Shown here: positions 56,713 to 64,000 of the stretch, piece after piece
Numbering within the stretch: the first letter of the stretch is position 1
Layout of the letters: each line of letters begins with the position of its first letter
Assembly (NCBI GenBank): GCA_012295275.1
Contig: CM022665.1
Location: 434,001 to 498,000 of the forward strand
Reading direction: 5' to 3'
DNA length: 64,000 nt
From: Chrysomallon squamiferum
Taxonomy: Eukaryota; Animalia; Mollusca
Notes under the pieces: generated by a model
The model's input: the letters and a program-made list of their open reading frames with translations, nothing else
Told to the model about the DNA's origin: nothing
Database searches by the model: none
Position numbers and translations under genes: made by a program

Positions 56713-57406
56713 CTATGAATACTTTCAGTCAGGAGTGCTTAGTGCAGCTGATGTAGACAAACTGATGTATGATGGTTTGGGACCGAGGTATGCTTTTATT
56801 GGTCCACTGGAAACAATGCATCTCAATGCAAATGGTGAGTACTGTTTTAGTTATGCGTTATTTTTGTAATATATGAAGCTTAAATAAAATTTTACTCTTT
56901 CATGTATTTTTTGATATATTTGTTTATTTATTTATTTATTTTTTATTTATTAACATACTTATTTAATTACAGCTTGATTTGTTTAGCTGTTTATTATTAT
57001 TTATTTATTTTAATTTTATTAAAAAATTTCATTGTACAGTTTTTATTGGTCAGTGGTCAGAAATATCTTGTTTTCAATCGTGGTCATTTATATCCAAAAT
57101 CCACATGATATCCATTTCTTTTGGTTTGTTGTATAAAATATATACATAAACAAATATTTCTAATACTAATATTTTTTTCCTGTATAAGGAATTGTTGACT
57201 ACTGCAAAAAATATGCTGATGGAGCCTACAAAGTTAGTTCCACATTCAAACCACCACCAATACAGTATGACATCCCCACAGCAGAAAGTGTAATGAAGGA
57301 GATGGAAAAAGGTATACCACTTGACAAACTGCAGGATCGTCGTAAATGGAGAGATGAAAGACTGGCAGCTTTAGCTAAACTTAAAACAAATCTTAACAAA
57401 AAATAA
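52927..57406 (+). CDS. CRYL1: Lambda-crystallin homolog / L-gulonate 3-dehydrogenase (3-hydroxyacyl-CoA dehydrogenase family), ~324 aa after correcting a +1 frameshift in exon 2
   Basis: Exons 52927-52985, 54463-54698, 54990-55151, 55639-55833, 56729-56834, 57189-57406. Motifs: [30 protein letters not shown] (Rossmann), [91 protein letters not shown]. Alternative in-frame ATGs at 52951 and 52957. Confidence 0.93.
53356..54115 (-). mobile_element. Internally deleted Tigger/pogo-type DNA transposon in CRYL1 intron 1
   Basis: TA on both sides (53354-55, 54116-17). Imperfect TIRs CAGGGGGATCTTGCGTTCTGTCG / CAGGAAGTCCTTGACCTATGTTG. Minus strand encodes [11 protein letters not shown]...[24 protein letters not shown], like the Tigger transposase C-terminus. 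Confidence 0.7.
56291..56486. mobile_element. Palindromic MITE-like element in CRYL1 intron 4
   Basis: Left GCATAGGATAATCAGTCA...GAAAATTATGGAATAAGA is an imperfect inverted repeat of right TCTTTTCATAAAACATTTCTCC...TGACTGGTTATCCTATGC. Confidence 0.6.
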
Positions 57407-60039
57407 TTTTCCAAAATATTACTTTAATACTTTGTGAACATTGTAAAACCATAATTACATATATCAAAATAACTGATCAGGTTATAAGATTATACATTTA
57501 TTTACACATCACATACGGAAGATTTCAAAATAATTGATTTTATTTCTTTGTCTTAAATTAATAACTTAACAATTAATGTATAATCCAGTGAGTTGGGAAA
57601 GAGTTTGGTGGAACAAATCTGAACTGGAAGCTCAGTTGGTGCTGTGCACCATTTTTTAATGCAATAATTATAAATATTTAGAAACCTCGTATATTTTGTA
57701 TCTGTGTCTATACATCTTTCTTTTTACCCTGACCAGCTTTAAGTAATTTACGATTTGTTAATAGTAGAATAATCAGTATTGACAAAACTTTTTACTGTGT
57801 GCAATCGTTATTTCTGTTGTATATATTTCACAGTATCATGATTAATCTTTGTTTCTGATTAAGAAACCAATGGACTTTGGTTATTTGTATTTGTAGAAAT
57901 TGTAAACGTTTTTTTCTTACAGGATATGCAGTTTCATTTTTTGATTTGTAGTTTGTGTAATAAACCCTTTTAGTTTTTATATAAATTTTACATTCATTTA
58001 CTTTCACTTCAATAACATCATAGGGTATTAATGTATAATATATAAATAAATAAAAACAGTTTAATATAAAAACAATGATATGTAGTTGTATTCCTTCTAG
58101 CTCAGTTTTTAGTTTTGATACTGTGAAGACAGATTGTATAGCAGAACACTTATGATGATTATTCAACACCTGAAGGTCTCGACTGCAAACAATGATGAAG
58201 CAAACTATATTAATAGACATGAATGTGGACACATGCACATGTAAGATGCATATACTAAAATACTTTGATATAATTTTATAATGGCAGAGTGGGGTGCATG
58301 GGTTTAAAAGGCTGGACAAGTGAGGGCAGGAGAGAGAAATATAATGTACCTAAAACAAATAACAGATTTTCCAAATAAATATTTTTTGTTTGTAAAAAAT
58401 ATATATATATATATATATTTAATGAAATATTTAAATAAAAATGAAAAACTTACATATAATATTTGCTTAAATATATGTACAAACTTATATAATAAAAAAA
58501 ATTAAAATAAAATAACAGCTGCCTATATTATATTTTACATTTGTTAATTTAAGTGAAGTTAGGAACTTGTATCCAACAACCACCATCAGCCATAGTGTGA
58601 TTCTTTAAACCCCAAAATAATATAAGATGAGAACAAAAAAACATTGATTAGAAATAAACCAGTAAATGTATTTGTTGTGAAATTCTAGTATTAATAACAG
58701 AAGTACTGTTTAAACTGTTGTTAGCTGTCTTGGGTCATTCTCTGATGATTTTGGATATTTTATAATTGTGAAAATCAAATGATACATTTTTTTTTTTTTT
58801 TTACTATCACAACTTTTATAAATCAGGATAATAATTTTTAATGTTAAAGCTTTAGATATAGAGAGAGTAACTTTTCAATGATTATAGCACTTACATTTAT
58901 TTAATAAACACTGCATTACTTTCTTAACTAATTCAAATGTTTTCAGTACATTTTAAATTTATGACAAGTTGAAAGTATCGACCATCTCATCATTAAATGT
59001 CACCATTTATACTAATGGATTTCATTTATATTTAATAATTTAGTTTAAATGTCTAGTACTGCATGATGAGTAAGACACAGACTGCTATGTGTTGAAATTC
59101 TTTTTCTCTTTGACACAATCTTTCTTGTCACAGTCTGCAGTCAGTTTTCAGTTTAGTAATTCACTGACATACAGTGTGAACTACAACTTTGGTCATAGAA
59201 GACATTGGACGGGTCAGTTTATACAGGATGAAAAAAACATGCATTTGCCTAGTAGATTAAAAAGAGTACATAAATAAATAAATAAATAAATAAATAAATC
59301 ATCATTGTCATCATACCTGTCTTCAGTTAAACTTTGCAAGATGGTTCCTTTCCAACATCATCTAGTTTATTCGTTAGGATGTTTGCCTTCTATTAATGGT
59401 TTCCATAAATAAAAAAATTAAAAATTAAAACTGAAAGTAAAGGTTATTATTAATTTTTTATGATTATTTATTTATTTACTTACTTACAACCGAGTAACAA
59501 TAAAAAAAAATTGTGAAGGAAATTATGTAATATGATGGACATTGTTTCATCTTTCATTATATTTAGATTTTCATTTGAAATAAAAATGTCATTAATTAAA
59601 ATAAGAATGAGCAAGATTCCAAAATTGTTGACATTAAAGTTTTCTCTGGGTAAATATCAAACCTGAGGCAGAAACCTATGAATTACTCTTTAAAATACTA
59701 ACTTGGTAGTATAAAGGATTTTATTAAACCATTAAGACACACCACACAACGTATCATACATGACATGACATACAACATAGATAGTTAGATATGGATCTAT
59801 ATCTGTTTTGGATCTCTTTTCTAGTTAATTTTAAATATGTCTAATATGTCTGTGCAAATTAACCACGATGTTTCTTTGTTTGTTGTTGTTTTTGTTTTTT
59901 TAAATAATATTTTAGAAATGTCATTAACGATAAGTTCATTAGCTGCGTATAAATGGTTACAGAGAACTTTGAATTTTTAAAATCGGGCGAGAAATAGTTT
60001 ACACCCACAATATAATATTTCATGATTTAGGAATGTTTA

Positions 60040-60165
60040 CTGTGACGTATGGAATAATCGTTTTATTATTTGCCATTACAGGAAGTTTGCGCTCGCTAGT
60101 CATGGCGGCTTATTGAAAATAGATACATTTTACGTCCGGTTCAGTAAACACGTGCTGATGTGAGT
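60040..60165 (+). promoter_or_regulatory. Housekeeping-type promoter and likely first non-coding exon of a gene continuing downstream
   Basis: TGACGTA (~60043), CAGGAAGT ETS (60079), CATGGCGGC YY1-like (60101), CACGTG (60149), donor gtgagt at 60160. CpG-rich relative to flanks. Confidence 0.5.
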
Positions 60166-60417
60166 AATCTTTTTATTTCAAAGCAGAAGTAAAGGAAAAG
60201 TAAATAAATAAATTATTCTTTTCACTTTAAATGTTATCAGTATATTTGGAAAGCCAATTTCCAGCCATATATTATTATATGTAGTATACTATCGTCTGTA
60301 TCGTAGTCGACATAATTCGTCAAGCAGAAGTTTTAGTATATCTCAGTTTCCGGAAAAACAGTGAAATAATAATAAATCACCACTAATTTGAATCTTTTGT
60401 GAAGTCACAACAGAACT

Positions 60418-60860
60418 GTTGCAATGGATTACTACACAGTTTGCCTAACATCTTGCTCAGCAATCTGCAACGGGTCCAGAATAGCGCAGCACACACTATG
60501 ACCAGGACATCACGTCACAGTCACATACTGCCAGTACTGAACAAACTCTACTAGTTACCTGTCCACTGTAGAATGAAGTACAACCTCCTAGTCCATACAT
60601 AAACGCTTTGAATCATCGTTTATCAGAGTACTTCAAGTACATGCTGGAAGTGTCAGGCCAAGTAGGACTCGGCAATAACAGAATTCATTAAAATTAATAA
60701 CACCAACCAAGAATAAGAACAGCTACATATTTACAGAAATGTTTCAGTTATGCAGCACTGACTTTGTGGAACTCACTCCAAGTAACACCAGGGAGGCTGA
60801 AACAACAACTACATACAAAACACCACTAAAGACCCATTTCTTTCAAATCCACTTTGTGAA
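60418..60860 (+). mobile_element. L2-clade LINE 3' fragment
   Basis: CNGLLHSLPNILLSNLQRVQNSAA...HILPVLNKLY*LPVHCRMKY...FSYAALTLWNSL...LKTHFF matches the L2/CR1-group ORF2 C-terminus. Contains stops and frameshifts. Confidence 0.8.
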
Positions 60861-60989
60861 TATAAAGTGTTTTTGGTGTTTTTTCCCCTAATTTTAAAAT
60901 ATTTATATCTCATCCAAATACATTATTTATAAATATATATCTCATCCAAATACATTATTTGTACACTAACTTTCAGCTGTCCAATCTTT

Positions 60990-61555
60990 ACAACATAGAC
61001 GCTATCTTAACTGGGATGGTGAAACGAAAGCGTCTTTATTGCCAATAAGGACATTATTTTTTGTCTGATGCCCAGACATATTGGCATAAGGGGTGACGAA
61101 AGGGAGATTCTGCTGCCAAGTCTGCTTTGGATTTGCAAAGACTGGTGTACCCGATACTGATTTTAAGCATCATATTGGCCAGTATATCGTTTCCACTTCG
61201 CAAAACGATTGGAATGGTGCTGTAACAAACATGTTTCATTCTATTAAGCCAGCCCCGATAGACTAGCAGTCCTCTTACAGGCAGTGCAGGAACGATGAAT
61301 ACGTCAGTCCACTTTGAAAGTCCAGCACATTTTGATGAGACAAGGAAAGACACATTTGATAGATGTAACGTGGTGAAATTGTTTAGATTCCACCCAAATC
61401 TTTTTTAACGAAAACTTCCTTATATAATAAATTTTAAATTTCAGTCATATGTAATGTTTGTATTTTACACAGTCCTTTACACTGCGTTTTGATTTTATAT
61501 TATTTTACATCCAATACCAGACCTGTTTTTCGTGCTGGTGTCGTTAAACATTCAG
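60990..61555 (+). mobile_element. I/Nimb-like LINE 3' fragment with an RNase H end
   Basis: Frameshifted P.HIGI.G.E..DSAAKSAL...P.TDFKHHIGQYIVST.QNDWNG....HSIKP...L.VQHIL, then a 3' tail GTGCTGGTGTCGTTAAACATTCA. Confidence 0.7.
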
Positions 61556-62302
61556 TATAACATTAGTTATGTGGTTGGAGTTATTCCCCTTCGACTGTAA
61601 ACCATTTTCTTTACATTTTACTTGTCCGCATTTAATATGGATAGTTTCTATTGTTACTGCATATTCCAATGCCAGTTCAGTCTATATCTAGTTATAAGTT
61701 TTTGTCTGCTTTATTTTTTATTTTTTTTTAGGGTCACGTTCATGACCAGTTAGGCCGCGATGTGGTGGGCAGCTGCGACAGAAAACAAAACAGAAGAAAC
61801 AAACAAACAACAAGAACGAAAATAATAACTCACTAAATAAAAATAAATAAATAATAGTACTAATTTGTAATGATGATGATAATTTGTAACTGGGATGATT
61901 ATAAACCGTTTCTAGTGTTAGTCAAATGTAAACACAGATGTGGTTTGAATCTACTTATTTAAAAACAAAGAGAAAAATGTTAATTGTAACTTCAAACTTC
62001 AGTTGCCAGTTAATAAAAATTCTAAACACCATTTTACTTTGCGATTCCAAAAAGACTGAATTTGAACTGATGATGAATTGTTTTATTTTAATAATGATAA
62101 TGCTACAAAAAGAGTACTAAAGTTTTAGGGTATCTACTTTTAAACATGTAATATGTTTATGTTGAAAATTAAAATGATTTAAACGCATGTCAAAAGAAGA
62201 ACCCCCCAACAACAAATAATTTAAATTTTAATAATACAGTTTATTCAGTTTTATTTATTTATTTATTTTTATTTATTATTTATTATTATTTATTATTTAT
62301 TA

Positions 62303-62356
<54 letters not shown>

Positions 62357-62989
62357 AAAAAAAAAAGAACAAATAAAACTTTTTCATTTCTTGGTATAAT
62401 AATTTGAAAATCAAGAAGTTACAAAGCACAGAGATCATATAAAAACTGGTTTTACTTCCATTTTCAAAAGATCTGTGCAGATCCGCAGGTGCGACATTCA
62501 GGTGGAGATCTCTACAACGAGGACATAATTCATCATCATCATTTAAAAAAAAAATCAATAAAACTAAAGTATGATAATTATACGTATATATTTCAACTTC
62601 TGAAATGGTTAAAAACCTGCAGTTTCCAGGGTCATGGCTCCTGGGTCCCTTTTTGGGCCCTAGAAGGCCTCAGATCCAAGGTTTTAGGCAGCGCTCTGTA
62701 TATGACTATATATAAACACATTTTCCCTGATTAATGTCTGTCACATAAATATTTAAAAAAAAAAAATAAATAAATAAAAAATGTTTCGTAGTATCATGGA
62801 TTAATTTAATCATAAAATCAGCTAGAGAATACTTAGCATCGAACAACAATGTAATACAAGAATTTTATATATAGCACTGAAAAATGTGTGGGTGAGATCT
62901 ATTTAATAACCGTTAATTAGTTTAAAGATGTTCATACTGTGCTTCATGAGAAGATGATTAGCCAGTGAACAACTTTCAGATGAATAAAT

Positions 62990-63275
62990 CTCAAGACAAC
63001 GAGTCTAAATCTGTTGCAGTGTCGTCAGGCGTTAGCGTGGGTCTAAAACACCGTCCCTCGTCCACGACTTCTCAGTAACCTCTGCTCCATTCAGTAGGTC
63101 ACAGTTGAAATGGTCTCTCCTGTCTGTCGAAACGACATATAAAAGACTCCGTGCTACATTTTGGAAAATATGGGTTTTCTTTGAAACTGTTACAAAAGTT
63201 TGCTAGCAAATAGTTGATGATAGATAATCAGCGTCCTCTGCAGTCAGTTGTTTTACAAAGCAACTTTGAGTTTTT
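62990..63275 (+). mobile_element. Degenerate SINE-like repeat
   Basis: GC-richer ~280-bp block with CATATAAAAGA..C.TGCT and CAAATAG..GATGA segments that I recall from molluscan SINE bodies. No clean A/B box seen. Confidence 0.35.
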
Positions 63276-64000
63276 TTACTTTTAAATGTGTAGGACCATA
63301 CTCTGTCCAGTACCAGAGTGGCAAAATAGTTCAGTCTCTAGAGCCTACAAAATACGAAATTCGTAGTAGAATTTTGTATGTTTGGGGTGCCTTTTAATAT
63401 TTGTTTCATCAAGGTGAATGAAAAGAGCTGGTAAATATGAGATAAATTAATTTTAGAAACAGAATCAGGCAAAAAAATATATTTTTATTTTTATTCATTG
63501 CCTTTGTGTCCTGATTTAGTTTCTTGTTCTTATCTGACCAAGATATAAATAAATAAAAATAAATAAATAAATAATAAAATGATATTTTGTATGAAGTGTT
63601 CCTTAAGGAAAAAAAAAAAATAACAATAATCAAGATATATATATATATATAAAATAATGTATACAAACAGAAAACAATAAATTTAAAAAAAAAAAACAAA
63701 ATTCCCAACACCAATAACAAAAACAATTACAATTCCAAACAATACCCTAAACAAAACAAAAACAACAATAAAAAACACAAACCCCCCACAGAACAAAAAC
63801 AAAAACAAACAACAACAACAACAAACCAAACAAAAACAAAACAAACAAGAGTAAAGTTTATATAGTTACTTATATGGGATTCTAATGTAACAATGACTTC
63901 ATGTAACAAATTAACATATACATGTATATATTTTTTCTTTTGTGTGTGTGTTCAAATTGGCCATTAAACTTTGTTTTCGGGTTTGCAGTTGATATTTGAA

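Noticed and set aside
49750-57406. 'Eye module' idea: myocilin-like architecture next to lambda-crystallin
   Set aside because: The propeller is NHL-like, not olfactomedin. CRYL1 is a general metabolic enzyme known as a crystallin only in rabbits/hares. The adjacency is likely coincidental.
58140-59170. C/D-box snoRNA candidates (ATGATGA...CTGA)
   Set aside because: No convincing terminal stems or recognisable rRNA antisense elements; these motifs are common by chance in AT-rich DNA.
61054-61353. 99-aa minus-strand ORF
   Set aside because: It is the antisense of a degraded LINE RNase H region.

Overview
AT-rich, microsatellite-dense genomic DNA from an invertebrate animal. It is probably a mollusc or other lophotrochozoan, judged only from composition, repeats and gene style. 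Most ORF-track entries are microsatellite noise. Four spliced protein-coding genes were reconstructed by hand from GT-AG junctions with consistent phases. (1) A + strand anoctamin/TMEM16 gene (~9.9-39.7 kb, ~930-1000 aa), with two candidate alternative first coding exons and a set of frame-preserving micro-exons. (2,3) A tandem pair of divergent 3-exon - strand paralogs (48104-44661, 498 aa; 51992-49750, 458 aa), each encoding signal peptide + helical/coiled-coil stalk + NHL-like beta-propeller. This apparently secreted pair is the most novel-looking system in the window. (4) A + strand CRYL1 gene (lambda-crystallin homolog / L-gulonate 3-dehydrogenase, 52927-57406) with a single +1 homopolymer frameshift. 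Also present are remnants of Tc1, Tigger/pogo, THAP-type, L2, I/Nimb-like and other LINE elements, a MITE, local tandem duplications, a 43-bp minisatellite built from a 3' splice site, and CpG-retaining promoter-like patches.
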